Shown piece by piece: positions 1 through 10,159 of a DNA stretch of 64,000 nucleotides. The translations under genes were made by a program, and so were the position numbers. The stretch comes from Acidobacteriota bacterium. GTDB taxonomy: Bacteria > Acidobacteriota > UBA890 > WLXD01. The stretch's first letter is position 1. Each line of letters begins with the position of its first letter. The notes beneath the pieces were generated by a model. That model was not told where the DNA came from, made no database searches, and worked only from the letters and a program-made list of their open reading frames with translations. Location of the stretch: contig CBDBHB010000009.1 in assembly GCA_965205505.1 (NCBI GenBank), positions 1,984,001 to 2,048,000 of the forward strand, in the 5' to 3' direction.

Positions 1-1962
1 GATCGCGCCATCACGCGGCGCGATTTTCTCAATGGCGCCAGCGTCGCGATCGGTGGTGCAGGTGCGATAGGCGCGATGCGCCCGGCCGACGCCCACGCGG
101 CGAGCGACTCGAGCGTCGCGACGTCTCCGAAACGCGGCTTCCAGGATGCCGATGAGCACTATCCGCCGGGTCTGACCGGAATGCGGGGTAGCCACGAGGG
201 CTCGTTCGAGGTGGCGCACGAGATGCGCTACGGCAAGACCTGGGACAACCCAGAGGATACGGGCGAAATCTACGACCTGATTGTCGTGGGCGGAGGGTTG
301 AGCGGCCTGGCAGCGGCGTATTACTTCAAGAAGGCGCTGCCGGAATCGAAGGTGCTGGTGCTCGACAACCATGACGACTTCGGCGGGCACGCCAAGCGCA
401 ACGAGGTCATGGTCAACGGTCACCAGATCATCGGTACCGCGGGTACATCGTACATCACCGGTGCATATACGCCGGAGGGCGAGACGCTGCTCGAGGAGAT
501 CGGTATCGATCCCCATCGTTTCCATAAGCTCGGCGGCGAACGAGGCGTACTGGCCGGCGAGTACGGCTTGATGAACGCGGTGTTCTTCGACGAGGAGAAC
601 TTCGGCGAGGACCGACTCGTGGTGGGCGTCCCGGGCCGACGGGCCAGCGGTGCGCCACCCCTTTCGTGGGCCGAGTTCCTCGCCAAGACGCCCCTCCCTC
701 GGCAGGGGCAACAGGACATCGTCGACCTGTACGAAAGCCCGCGTGACTACATGCCGGGCGCGAGTGTCGACGAGAAGGTCCGCCGCCTCAAGAAGATGAG
801 TTACAGAGACTTCCTCGTTGACCTCGTCGGGGTGGATGCCAGCGTCGTCAAGTACTTCTGGCATAGCCCGGATTCCAACGGCGTCGCCGGCATCGACACG
901 CAGAGCGCCTGGGGAGCGTTCCGATCGGGATGGGTTCCCGGACTCGACGCGATGGGGCTCGAACGGCCGCCGCGCAACTGGCTCGAGGGACACGACAACC
1001 CGTGGGAGGGAATCAAATTTCCGGATGGCAACGCCGGGATCGCGCGGCTGATCGTTCGCTGGCTGATCCCGGACGCGCTACCGGGAACCACGATGGAAGA
1101 CTCGGTCGCCGCGCACGTCCGCTACGGGGAGCTCGACAAGCCGAGCAATGCGGTGCGCATCCGTCTGAGCAGCACGGTGGTCAACGCCCGACATCGTGGC
1201 GAGCGCCGCACCGCCGGCGAGGTGGAGGTGACCTACGTGCAAGACGGCAAGGCGCGCCGCGTCCGCGGTGGCACCTGCGTCATGGCCTGCTACAACGCCA
1301 TGATCCCGTATTTGTGCCCTGACTTCCCGCAGGAGCAGAAGACGGCGCTGAAGTGGGCGGTTCGTAAGCCTTATGTCTCGACCAACGTCGTGCTACGAGA
1401 CTGGCGCGCATTTCACGAGCTCGGCATCGCCCGCATTAGCTGTCCGTTGGGCTACCACCAATCAATCTCGCTCAGTGACTGGGCTCCGAGCATCGGTGAT
1501 TACGAGCGCTCCCAAAACCCCGAGCACCCGATGAACCTTCACCTGTCGTTCGTCCCGATCAAGCCGGGGTTGCCGCCGAAGGACCAGTTCCGGGCCGGAC
1601 GCGAGGAGCTGCTGGCGACGACGTTCGAAACTGTCGAGCGCAAAACCCGCGATCAGCTCGCTCGTGCCCTCGACGGCAGCGGGTTCGACCCGGTGCGCGA
1701 CATCGAGGCGATTATTTGCAACCGCTGGCCGCACGGCTACGCGGGCGCAGCGAACGACCTCTACGATCCCGACTGGGGCTACGACGAGGCGCCCTGGGTG
1801 ATGGGTCGCAAGCGCTTCGGGCGCATCGCGGTGGCCAATTCTGACGCAGCGGCGACCTGTCTCACACAGGCGGCGTTCGACCAGGCGCACCGCGCGGTGC
1901 AGGAGCTGGTCACCGACGTCATTCGCCCGGAGTTCCAGTATCCGTGGGCGGAGCGTACCTGA
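1..1962 (+). CDS. spdH: Tat-exported FAD-dependent oxidoreductase, spermidine dehydrogenase (SpdH)-like; 5' end lies before the window
   Basis: Frame open from base 1 and reads ITRRDFLNG (twin-arginine). GGGLSG FAD motif, DNHDDFGGHAKRNE, GSHEGSFE and WPHGY motifs as in the SpdH family. Confidence 0.75.
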   Translation, partial: DRAITRRDFLNGASVAIGGAGAIGAMRPADAHAASDSSVATSPKRGFQDADEHYPPGLTGMRGSHEGSFEVAHEMRYGKTWDNPEDTGEIYDLIVVGGGLSGLAAAYYFKKALPESKVLVLDNHDDFGGHAKRNEVMVNGHQIIGTAGTSYITGAYTPEGETLLEEIGIDPHRFHKLGGERGVLAGEYGLMNAVFFDEENFGEDRLVVGVPGRRASGAPPLSWAEFLAKTPLPRQGQQDIVDLYESPRDYMPGASVDEKVRRLKKMSYRDFLVDLVGVDASVVKYFWHSPDSNGVAGIDTQSAWGAFRSGWVPGLDAMGLERPPRNWLEGHDNPWEGIKFPDGNAGIARLIVRWLIPDALPGTTMEDSVAAHVRYGELDKPSNAVRIRLSSTVVNARHRGERRTAGEVEVTYVQDGKARRVRGGTCVMACYNAMIPYLCPDFPQEQKTALKWAVRKPYVSTNVVLRDWRAFHELGIARISCPLGYHQSISLSDWAPSIGDYERSQNPEHPMNLHLSFVPIKPGLPPKDQFRAGREELLATTFETVERKTRDQLARALDGSGFDPVRDIEAIICNRWPHGYAGAANDLYDPDWGYDEAPWVMGRKRFGRIAVANSDAAATCLTQAAFDQAHRAVQELVTDVIRPEFQYPWAERT

Positions 1963-1964
1963 CG

Positions 1965-2236
1965 TTCTTCGGCGAACAGCAGAGCCAGTGCGTTCCCTCG
2001 GGTCGTCGCTCAGCCAGTAGCCGCAGACGCTGGCGGTGCCGAAACGGCTGCAACTCCTCGTACTGGTAGCTCGACAACTTCGCCGCGTCGTCGACACAGG
2101 GGATGCTGGCTATCCGGTGTGTGGCGGCCAGGCGAGCGGCGAGCAACTCACCAGTACCGGCATGCACGAAGTCGTGTACCTCGATGATCAGGTCGTGGTC
2201 GCGCAGGGCCAACACGACGGCCTGGTCAGGAAACAA
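1965..2236 (-). pseudogene. C-terminal fragment of a probable methyltransferase-like protein
   Basis: LRDHDLIIEVHDFV...YQYEELQPF...LLAERRP reads as protein-like, but there is no N-terminal part. Family recalled from memory only. Confidence 0.35.
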
Positions 2237-2393
2237 GAGAATTCACGAGGCATTATACATTGTGCAACGCAGCCGGTCGATCGGAGTCTTGACATCGTCT
2301 TGCTGTTTCGCGCGGCAGGGATCACCGTGCACTGGACGATGGGTGGTTACGGAGATACCGTCAGGGCGAGTGCCAACTTGGAGGTGATCTGAA

Positions 2394-4793
2394 ATGGCGG
2401 ATTACAAGCTGCTCGGCAAGAGCTACACGCCCCCGGATTTGGTGGCCAAGGTTCAAGGGAAGGCGAAGTACGCCGAGGACTTCCGTGCCGAGGGGATGCT
2501 GTTCGCTAAGCTACTGGTCAGCCCGATGCCGCACGCGCGCGTGCGTCGTATCGATGCGAGCCGGGCGTTGGCCATGCCCGGCGTGGAAGGCGTGTTGACC
2601 GCCGACGATCTTCCAGAAGTGCCGCCGCACCGCGAGCCGGCGCTTACCAACGAGCCACTGTACGAAGGCGCGCCGATCTTGGCTGTTGCGGCAGTCGACG
2701 AGACCACTGCTGCCAATGCGATCGAGCTGATCGATGTCGATCTCGAGCCGTTGCCGTTCGTCATCGACCCGCTGGATAGCTTGCGGCCCGATGGTGTCGA
2801 CGCGCGATCCGAGGGCAACGTCTACGGCGGCCGTGAATTCCACACCATCAAGTGGACGGAGGAGGATTTCGCCGAGGCCGACGAGGATCGCTTGCCGATG
2901 GGCGAGCCGTTTTTCGAGTGGACGAACGGTGACCTCGAGGAGGGGTTCGGCATCGCTGACGTCGTGCTGGACGAGACGATCACTCACCAGTCGTTGACTC
3001 ATCATCCGCTCGAGCCGCGTAGCGCCATGGCGTACTGGCAAAACGGCAAGCTTTACTTGCACGCCTCTACGCAGAGCACCGCCAACAGCGCTCCGGGATC
3101 GGCGCGAGCCTGTGGTGTGGAGCCCGAAGACCTGGTGCTGGTCGCCGAGTACTGTGGCGGCGGGTTCGGCAGCAAGATCGGTGGCTCGGTCAACTTGCCG
3201 GTGGCGGCGCTGCTCTCCAAACAGACCGGTCGCCCGGTGATGCTCCGCGTGACACGTGCCGAGGAGAACTACTTCGGCATGGCGCGACCGGGTTTCCAGG
3301 GTCGCGTCAAGGTGGGGTTCCGCGCCGACGGACGCATGACGGCGCTCGATTTCTACGTTGTCCAGGACAACGGCCCCTATCTGGGCGAGGCGGACTACTG
3401 GATTGCCGGCGAGATGGCGTCGCTCACCTACACGCCGCTTTCGATGCGCTTCCGTGCTGTCCCGGTGGTGACCAACACGCCGCCGCGGTCGGCGCAGCGG
3501 GCCCCTGGTGGGGTGCAGGCAACGGCGATGTTGGAGCCGGTTGTCGACCGGGCGGCGCGTCAGCTGGGGATCGACCGACTGGAGATTCGTCGAATCAACG
3601 CCCCAGACGCAACCAGCACGTACGGCTCGGGGCAGGGGAGCCTGTCGAGCGTCTACGCTCGGGAGGCACTCGAACGCGGCGTTGAGCTATTCGACTGGGA
3701 GGCTCAGAAAGCGCTCAGTGGGCAACGTCGTGGTACCAAGGCGACCGGTACCGGTGTGGTGCTCAGTCCGTTCTACGCCGGCAGCAGTGGATGGGATGCG
3801 TTGCTGGTGATTCGGCCGGACGGCAAGCTCTACATCCACCAGGGTGTCGGCAACTTGGGCACCCACTCGACGTTCGATACGGCGCGCACGGCGGCCGAGG
3901 TGCTGGATCTTCCCTGGGAGCAGTGCGAGGTAGTTTGGGGCAGCACCGCTCGACACTTGCCGAACACCGCGTCGCAGTCGGGCAGCCAGACGACCTGGGC
4001 GCACACGCGAGCCAACTACGTGGCCGCGCTACACGCCAAGGCATTGCTGCAGGAGATCGCGGCGCGTGATCTCGGCGGCTCTGCCGCTAACTACGACGTC
4101 GGTGGCGGCAGGGTATACGCGCGTGCCAATCGGAGCCGTGGGATGAGCTTCGCGCAAGCGGCCCGTCGTGCCATCGATCTGGGAGGCAAGTACAGCGGCC
4201 ACGAGCGCGCAGAAGACCTCGACGAGATGACGGTACGGTCGGTCGAAGCGCTCGCCGGCGAGGGGTTGATCGCGGCGACCAAGGACACCCTGCCGCACGA
4301 CGGCGATACCCTCTCGTTCGTGGCGGGGTTCGCGCGAGTCGAGGTCGACGTTGAGACTGGCCACGTCGATATCGTCGACTATCGGTGCGTCGCCGATTGC
4401 GGCACCGTGATACATCCGCGCGGCCTCGGGGCACAACTGTTGGGAGGAGCGATCCAAGGCTTTGGTGTCGCCCGCAGCCACAAGTGGGTATACGACCCGA
4501 AATGGGGCGTGCCGTTCACCAAGGGCTTCCATGCAGCAAAGCCGCCGACGATCCTCGACGTACCGCTCGATGTCCAATGGGAGGCCGTGAACCTGCCGGA
4601 CCCCTCGAATCCTATCGGCGCCAAGGGCATCGGCGAAGCGTCGATGCCGGCGGGCGCCGCGGCGGTCGCCTGTGCGATTCAGGACGCCATCGGCGGTGCA
4701 GCATTCAACCGTACGCCCATTACCACCGACATGGTGCTGGCGGCGCTCCAGGAAGAGCGTCAGCCGCACGGCGCGCTGACCCAGCACGTCTAG
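2394..4793 (+). CDS. Xanthine dehydrogenase-family molybdopterin-binding subunit
   Basis: GKAKYAED, SPMPHARV, GGGFGSK, QRAPG and AKGIGE motifs; GGAGG RBS upstream. Confidence 0.9.
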   Translation: MADYKLLGKSYTPPDLVAKVQGKAKYAEDFRAEGMLFAKLLVSPMPHARVRRIDASRALAMPGVEGVLTADDLPEVPPHREPALTNEPLYEGAPILAVAAVDETTAANAIELIDVDLEPLPFVIDPLDSLRPDGVDARSEGNVYGGREFHTIKWTEEDFAEADEDRLPMGEPFFEWTNGDLEEGFGIADVVLDETITHQSLTHHPLEPRSAMAYWQNGKLYLHASTQSTANSAPGSARACGVEPEDLVLVAEYCGGGFGSKIGGSVNLPVAALLSKQTGRPVMLRVTRAEENYFGMARPGFQGRVKVGFRADGRMTALDFYVVQDNGPYLGEADYWIAGEMASLTYTPLSMRFRAVPVVTNTPPRSAQRAPGGVQATAMLEPVVDRAARQLGIDRLEIRRINAPDATSTYGSGQGSLSSVYAREALERGVELFDWEAQKALSGQRRGTKATGTGVVLSPFYAGSSGWDALLVIRPDGKLYIHQGVGNLGTHSTFDTARTAAEVLDLPWEQCEVVWGSTARHLPNTASQSGSQTTWAHTRANYVAALHAKALLQEIAARDLGGSAANYDVGGGRVYARANRSRGMSFAQAARRAIDLGGKYSGHERAEDLDEMTVRSVEALAGEGLIAATKDTLPHDGDTLSFVAGFARVEVDVETGHVDIVDYRCVADCGTVIHPRGLGAQLLGGAIQGFGVARSHKWVYDPKWGVPFTKGFHAAKPPTILDVPLDVQWEAVNLPDPSNPIGAKGIGEASMPAGAAAVACAIQDAIGGAAFNRTPITTDMVLAALQEERQPHGALTQHV

Positions 4794-5962
4794 CTTGGAG
4801 GGACGGAGGGCAAGAGCCCGTTGTCCAGCAGATGGTCCGCCGTGTGGCGTGCGCGTAGCTCGTTGCTGAAGTGGTAGCCGTCGACGAAGTACTGCCCATC
4901 GTCGGGCATGAGCTCGGCCATATCGAGCAGCGTCGCGGCGGTGCTGTTTGAACCGAGCGATTTCAACACAGTGTTCTGTTGCCCGATGGCGCGCTGATAC
5001 TCGGGTGTAGCCAAACGGGTCTCATGGACGAAGGATGGCGCGTAGGCGAACGTCGTAAGCACGACGGCCACCTCGTTGGCGGCGGCAACCTCGACCAGGC
5101 TAGTGAGGTTGCGTTCGAAATACTCTGCCCCGTTCTGGGTCAGCATCTGACTGGCCGAGGTCGTCTGGAACACGCCGACGGGGTACCGACCGTCGCGCAT
5201 CTGCACCCAGAAATCGAACGCCCGGGACGTTTCCGGCGGCGCTCCGAACGCCCGGCGGAGCGACGTCTGGGGCTCGGTGAGTCCGAAGCGCAACATCAAC
5301 ATTCGCACCAAGGTGCTGTGTTCCCATATCGAGGGCGAACGGCCGCTCCACGACAGCCCGTTGTGCCCGGAATTGTCGCCGCGGAAAGCCTCCGGCGGCC
5401 ATACGAGCCTCGGGTGGATATCGTTGAAGCCGTGGTACACGATGATCAGATCTGGCGCCAGATCCAAGGTTCGGGACTGGAAGTTGATCAACGTCTCGAG
5501 CGTCCCGTATCCGGGCACGCCTGCATTGATGACCTGCGCGGAGGCGAAGCCACGCTCGTTAAGCTGAGTTTGGAGCGCTCGAGGGTAGGAGTCGTGGAAG
5601 TCGTCTACACCGCCGGAGTAGACGGTGGATCCGCCGAGGCAGACAATCCGGAACACGGACTCTGGCTTGTCGCGGCCGATCTCCTCGCCGCGGAAGCCGA
5701 GCGAGTTGTGCTGGTTGGGGCCACGTCGGTACCCTTGTGTCGGCACGTAGCCGAGGTAACGGTGGGGTGAGAACTTGGGAACCGATTCCGGCCGATCGAG
5801 TGCCTGCGGAATCGAGGCGTACCACGTGACCTGTTCCGGGGTCGCCAAATAACGTAGGAATAGCCGCGCCGAGACCTCCACTAAGATGAAGCCGAGACCG
5901 AGTGACAGGCACATGAGAAAGAGCCGTGCCAGCAGGCGTTCGGAGTAGGCTTGGGCGCGCAT
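4790..5962 (-). CDS. SGNH/GDSL hydrolase family protein, membrane-anchored
   Basis: N-terminal TM helix; NSLGFRG, CLGGSTVY, INAGVPGY, GFND and DGYH blocks. Confidence 0.85.
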   Translation of the reverse strand: MRAQAYSERLLARLFLMCLSLGLGFILVEVSARLFLRYLATPEQVTWYASIPQALDRPESVPKFSPHRYLGYVPTQGYRRGPNQHNSLGFRGEEIGRDKPESVFRIVCLGGSTVYSGGVDDFHDSYPRALQTQLNERGFASAQVINAGVPGYGTLETLINFQSRTLDLAPDLIIVYHGFNDIHPRLVWPPEAFRGDNSGHNGLSWSGRSPSIWEHSTLVRMLMLRFGLTEPQTSLRRAFGAPPETSRAFDFWVQMRDGRYPVGVFQTTSASQMLTQNGAEYFERNLTSLVEVAAANEVAVVLTTFAYAPSFVHETRLATPEYQRAIGQQNTVLKSLGSNSTAATLLDMAELMPDDGQYFVDGYHFSNELRARHTADHLLDNGLLPSVPPS

Positions 5963-6021
5963 TGTCGTAGCTCCCGAGTTGAAGCCGTCACGCACGGTTG
6001 CTTCCAGCGTGCCAGCAGAAA

Positions 6022-7635
6022 ATGAAACGATCGTTGCCAGACTACGATTTCGTTCGCGTGAAGATCAAAGGTAGGGCCCCAGCTAGACTGCGAGCGACTT
6101 CGATCGTCGTGGCGGTACTTGCAGCGGCTAGCCCGGAGGTAGGCGCGTTGGATCAGGCGCCCCCTGAATCTGTACCCTTTCAACTGCTGGAGGCCACCGT
6201 CTCGGAGCTGCAGGCTGCGATGGCGGCGGGCTCGACCACGTCGCACGCGCTCGTCGAAGCCTATTTGGCACGCATTGACGCGTACGACCAGGCCGGGCCG
6301 AAGCTCAACGCCATCCTCGCCATCAACCCGAGGGCAGTCGAGGAGGCGACGGCGCTCGATGAGGAAAGGGCACGACAGGGCGCCAGAGGGCCCCTGCATG
6401 GGATCCCGGTGATCCTCAAGGACAACTACGACACATTCGATATGCCGACTACTGCGGCATCCAAGGCGTTGGAAGGGTCGATGGCGCCTGACGACTCGTT
6501 TCAGGCTCGCAGGCTGCGCGAGGCTGGGGCCATCATCCTGGCGAAGGCGAATCTGCACGAGCTGGCTTGGGGTTGGGAGACGTTCAGCTCACTCGGGGGA
6601 CAGACGCTGAACCCGTATGACTTGAGCCGTAATCCGGGGGGTTCCAGCGGCGGCACGGGCGCTGCGATCACGGCGAACTTCGCGGCCGTGGGCATGGGCA
6701 CCGATACCTGCGGCTCGATCCGCGTGCCCGCCTCGCACAACAACCTCGTCGGCATCCGCCCGACGCGCGGGCTGTCGAGCGTTGACGGAATCGTTCCCCT
6801 GGCGCTCACGCAAGATACCGCCGGGCCGCTGGCACGCAGCGTCGAGGACGTGGCCATCGTGCTCGACGCCACCGTTGGCTTTGACCCGAAGGATCCGGTG
6901 ACGGCGCTCGGCGTGGGAAATGTTCCCGATACCTACACGCGCTTTCTGGCATCCGATGCGTTGCAGGGATCGCGCATCGGGATCTTCCGGGAGCTGTTCG
7001 GTGAGACCGACGCCGATCAGGTGGTCAACGATATCGTGCGCCGGGCGGCGGGCGACATGGCGGCGCAGGGCGCCGAGTTGGTTGCGGTGGGCAGCGCCGC
7101 GATCGTCGATATCCTGGTGTTGCCCGACCTGGAGATCCCCGAGTTCCGTGCCCATTTGGAGGGCTACCTGGCTGCCACGCCGGATGCGCCAGTCAAGACG
7201 CTGCGCGAGATCGTCGAGTCCGGGCTGGCTCACCCGGGCGTGCTCCGCTATCTCCAGCGGTCACTCGACTCCGACGGCCTCGCCGGCGCGGAGTACAAGG
7301 ACATGTTGATTCGTCGCGACGAGCTCAGGGTCAGGATCTTGGCGCTGATGGCGGAGCATCAGCTCGAGGCGCTGTTGTATCCGACCGTCAACGAGCCGCC
7401 GGCTCCCATCGGTCCGGAGCAGGGCGGAGCGATGCCCAATTGCGACCTCAGCGCCCGGTCCGGGTTGCCGGCGATCACCGTGCCGGCGGGGTTTACGGTG
7501 GACGGACTACCGGTCGGCGTGGAGCTGCTGGGGCGCGAGTTCGATGAGCCGACCTTGATTGCGCTGGCCTACGCCTACGAGCAGGCGACGCGCCATCGCC
7601 GGCTGCCGGATACGACACCAGCGCTGTCTCAATAG
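6022..7635 (+). CDS. Amidase (amidase-signature family), probably secreted
   Basis: GPLHGIPVILKDN, GGSSGG and GTDTCGSIRVPAS motifs. Start uncertain. Confidence 0.9.
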   Translation: MKRSLPDYDFVRVKIKGRAPARLRATSIVVAVLAAASPEVGALDQAPPESVPFQLLEATVSELQAAMAAGSTTSHALVEAYLARIDAYDQAGPKLNAILAINPRAVEEATALDEERARQGARGPLHGIPVILKDNYDTFDMPTTAASKALEGSMAPDDSFQARRLREAGAIILAKANLHELAWGWETFSSLGGQTLNPYDLSRNPGGSSGGTGAAITANFAAVGMGTDTCGSIRVPASHNNLVGIRPTRGLSSVDGIVPLALTQDTAGPLARSVEDVAIVLDATVGFDPKDPVTALGVGNVPDTYTRFLASDALQGSRIGIFRELFGETDADQVVNDIVRRAAGDMAAQGAELVAVGSAAIVDILVLPDLEIPEFRAHLEGYLAATPDAPVKTLREIVESGLAHPGVLRYLQRSLDSDGLAGAEYKDMLIRRDELRVRILALMAEHQLEALLYPTVNEPPAPIGPEQGGAMPNCDLSARSGLPAITVPAGFTVDGLPVGVELLGREFDEPTLIALAYAYEQATRHRRLPDTTPALSQ

Positions 7636-7657
7636 AACCGAACTACTAAGAGGGATC

Positions 7658-8554
7658 ATGAGAGGACAAGCGGCGTTCTTGCTGATGGCGCTCGTGTTGA
7701 TTGCGACGCCGGCGTTGGCGCAGGAGGAGGAAGACTTCAGCGCCGTCGAGATTCGTACCACGCGGCTGAGTGATTCGATCTACATGCTAGAAGGCAGCGG
7801 CGGCAATATCGGTGTGTGTATCGGCGACGACGGCACCTTCATCGTCGACGACCAGTTCGCGCCCCTCACCGACAAGATCACCGCGGCGATCGCGCAGCTG
7901 ACCGACCAACCGGTGGAGTTCGTGATCAACACCCACTGGCACTACGACCACACCGACGGCAACGAGAACTTCGGTGAGGCGGGCGCGTTGATCGTCTCGC
8001 ATGAGAACAGTCGCCGCCGTATGGAGACCGACCAGTTCCTCGAGCTGTTCGATCGGCCGCAGCCGGCGTATTCGGCCGCCGGATTGCCGAAGATCACCTT
8101 CACCCGCTCGATGAGCTTCTATCTCAACGGGGAGAGCATCGACGTGTTTCACCGTGGCGCGGCCCATACCGACGGTGACGCGGTGATCTACTTCCGCACC
8201 ACCAACATCGTGCACTCCGGCGACGTATTCGTCCGCTACGGGTTTCCGTATATCGACCAGCCGAACGGCGGCTCGATCGAGGGGATGATCCGTACGGTCG
8301 ATTACCTCGCCAGCATTACCGACGCGGATACGAAGTTCATTCCTGGCCACGGGCAGCTCTCGACCCGCGATGACCTGCTCGCGTACGGAGCCATGTTGCG
8401 CACCATTCGGGATCGCGTTCAGGCGCTGATGAACCAGGGTAGATCGCTCGATCAGGTGATCGCCGCGAACCCCACCGCCGGGTATGAGGAACGTGGCACT
8501 GCCCGCGCGGATTTCGTCAAGATCGTCTACGACAGCCTGCGCTCCCGAGAGTAG
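7658..8554 (+). CDS. MBL-fold metallo-hydrolase (cyclase-like), secreted
   Basis: Signal peptide; THWHYDHTDGN, AHTDGD and PGHG motifs. Confidence 0.9.
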   Translation: MRGQAAFLLMALVLIATPALAQEEEDFSAVEIRTTRLSDSIYMLEGSGGNIGVCIGDDGTFIVDDQFAPLTDKITAAIAQLTDQPVEFVINTHWHYDHTDGNENFGEAGALIVSHENSRRRMETDQFLELFDRPQPAYSAAGLPKITFTRSMSFYLNGESIDVFHRGAAHTDGDAVIYFRTTNIVHSGDVFVRYGFPYIDQPNGGSIEGMIRTVDYLASITDADTKFIPGHGQLSTRDDLLAYGAMLRTIRDRVQALMNQGRSLDQVIAANPTAGYEERGTARADFVKIVYDSLRSRE

Positions 8555-8623
8555 TGGCGATTCGCCAGGCAACTGTGGCGATGCTCGAACCTGGCGGTTG
8601 AGGCAGACGAGGGTGATTGTCGG

Positions 8624-10003
8624 CTACACGAGCAGGTTCGCCGCGATCGCCATCAACGGCAGCGCGATCGCCGTGCGCAGACAGAAGATGGCGACTAGCT
8701 GACCGAGCGACAGGGGGATGCTCGAGCGCAGGATCAGGACCGCGGTCTCGGCAAAGAAGATCAGCTGCGTAACCGATAGTCCGGCGAGCAGGAAGCTGGT
8801 GGTTTGGTTGTCGATGGTGCCGGCGATCAACGCCGGCACGAACTGATCTAGCAATCCGACAACGACGCCAGGGGCGGCGGCCGCCGCCTCGGGAATCTGC
8901 AGAAGGTTCAGCAACGGGATCAGAGGTAGGGTGACGGTCTGCAGCACCGGTGTGTGTGGTGATACGCAACCAGGGCGACGAACTCGATCGTCATCGCCGC
9001 CGGCATCATGGTGAAGAAGATGTCGAAGACTACCTTGAGGCTGCGTTTGAACATCGCTCCGAGCCTCGGAGCGCTCCGGGCTTGCGCAACCGCCTGTTGT
9101 ACGGCCCAGCTGAGCCGCGAGCTCTCGCTGGTCACTTCCTCGTGTATCTGCCGGCCCACGGGCTCGTAGTAGGTATCGGCAAAACCCGACAGGGGAGGAA
9201 GGTGTGGCGTGATCACGGCGCACGCAAGTCCGACCACCAGCATCGACGCGTAGAGCGCGACGAAGTGCTCACCGATGCCGGCGACCTGTGAGGTGAGCAC
9301 CACGAACGGAATCGACACCACCGAGAAGTTGGTGGCGATGACGGCTGCCTCCCGCCTCGAGTAGAAGCCCGACTCGTACTGCCACCGTCACCAGTATCGC
9401 CACGCTCGAGGCGCCGACCCACGACGCCAGCGTGTCGATGGTAGCGCGCCCCGGGAGGTTGAAGATGCGCTTGAACGGGGCGCGCATCAGCGTACCGACG
9501 AACTCCAGCAATCCGAACTCGGTCAGGAACGGAAGCAGCAGACAGGCGACGCCGATGATCAGGAAGATAAGACCAGCGATCTCGACATAGGCCGTACCGC
9601 CCGTCTGGGCTCCGTGGACCCACGCGGGCCCGAGCGTCAGCATCGTCATCGGGGCGCCGATCCCGGCGATTACCCGCATGACGAGCCAGACGGTGTTCGT
9701 CTCGAACACCGAGTCCAGGTAGGGGAATCGCGCCTTGAGTGTCGTAGGGCCATATGTGAACGCCACCGACAGCAGCGCTCCGGTGACGAAGATAGGTGTG
9801 GTGAACAATGCCATCCGGTCGCCGATGAGGGCCTGGAGGGTCGATGTGATCACCCCCATCACGATCGTCACGTCGCCGCCGAACCGTATCGGAACGAGAA
9901 ATAGCGCAACCCCTATTGCCGACGGCACCGCCACACGCAAGTAGTCGCGCACCGTGGCGTGTGCCGGATCGGTCGTCTGCTCCTCCGGTTCGGGATTCCT
10001 CAT
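8624..10003 (-). pseudogene. YjiH-family (Gate domain) transporter with two frameshifts (~9385, ~8955)
   Basis: Three consecutive frames give LTEFGLLEFVG..PGRATID / YESGFYSRREAAVIATNFSVVS / SVTQLIFFAE. May be sequencing indels. Confidence 0.8.
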
Positions 10004-10099
10004 CCGCTCACCGTGGCGGTTGGGTTGCCGATGGCCCGGCCGAGACCTACTGTCAGTGTGGTCATCATGTCTTCAAGGTTTTCCGAGCCCCGGAGCGCC

Positions 10100-10133
10100 T
10101 GAAGCCTATCCGCATCGGGCTTGGCGATCCAAC
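10100..10133 (-). repeat. Motif A copy (promoter-like) upstream of the YjiH gene
   Basis: Minus strand TTGGAT-N18-TAGGCT-TCA. Confidence 0.6.
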
Positions 10134-10159
10134 AACGGGGAGCGGCAGCGAGGTCGGCG

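Noticed and set aside
5966-5990. Weak motif A/B-like matches here and near 14101, 29473, 36375 and 37913
   Set aside because: Too short or degenerate to distinguish from chance without a profile search.
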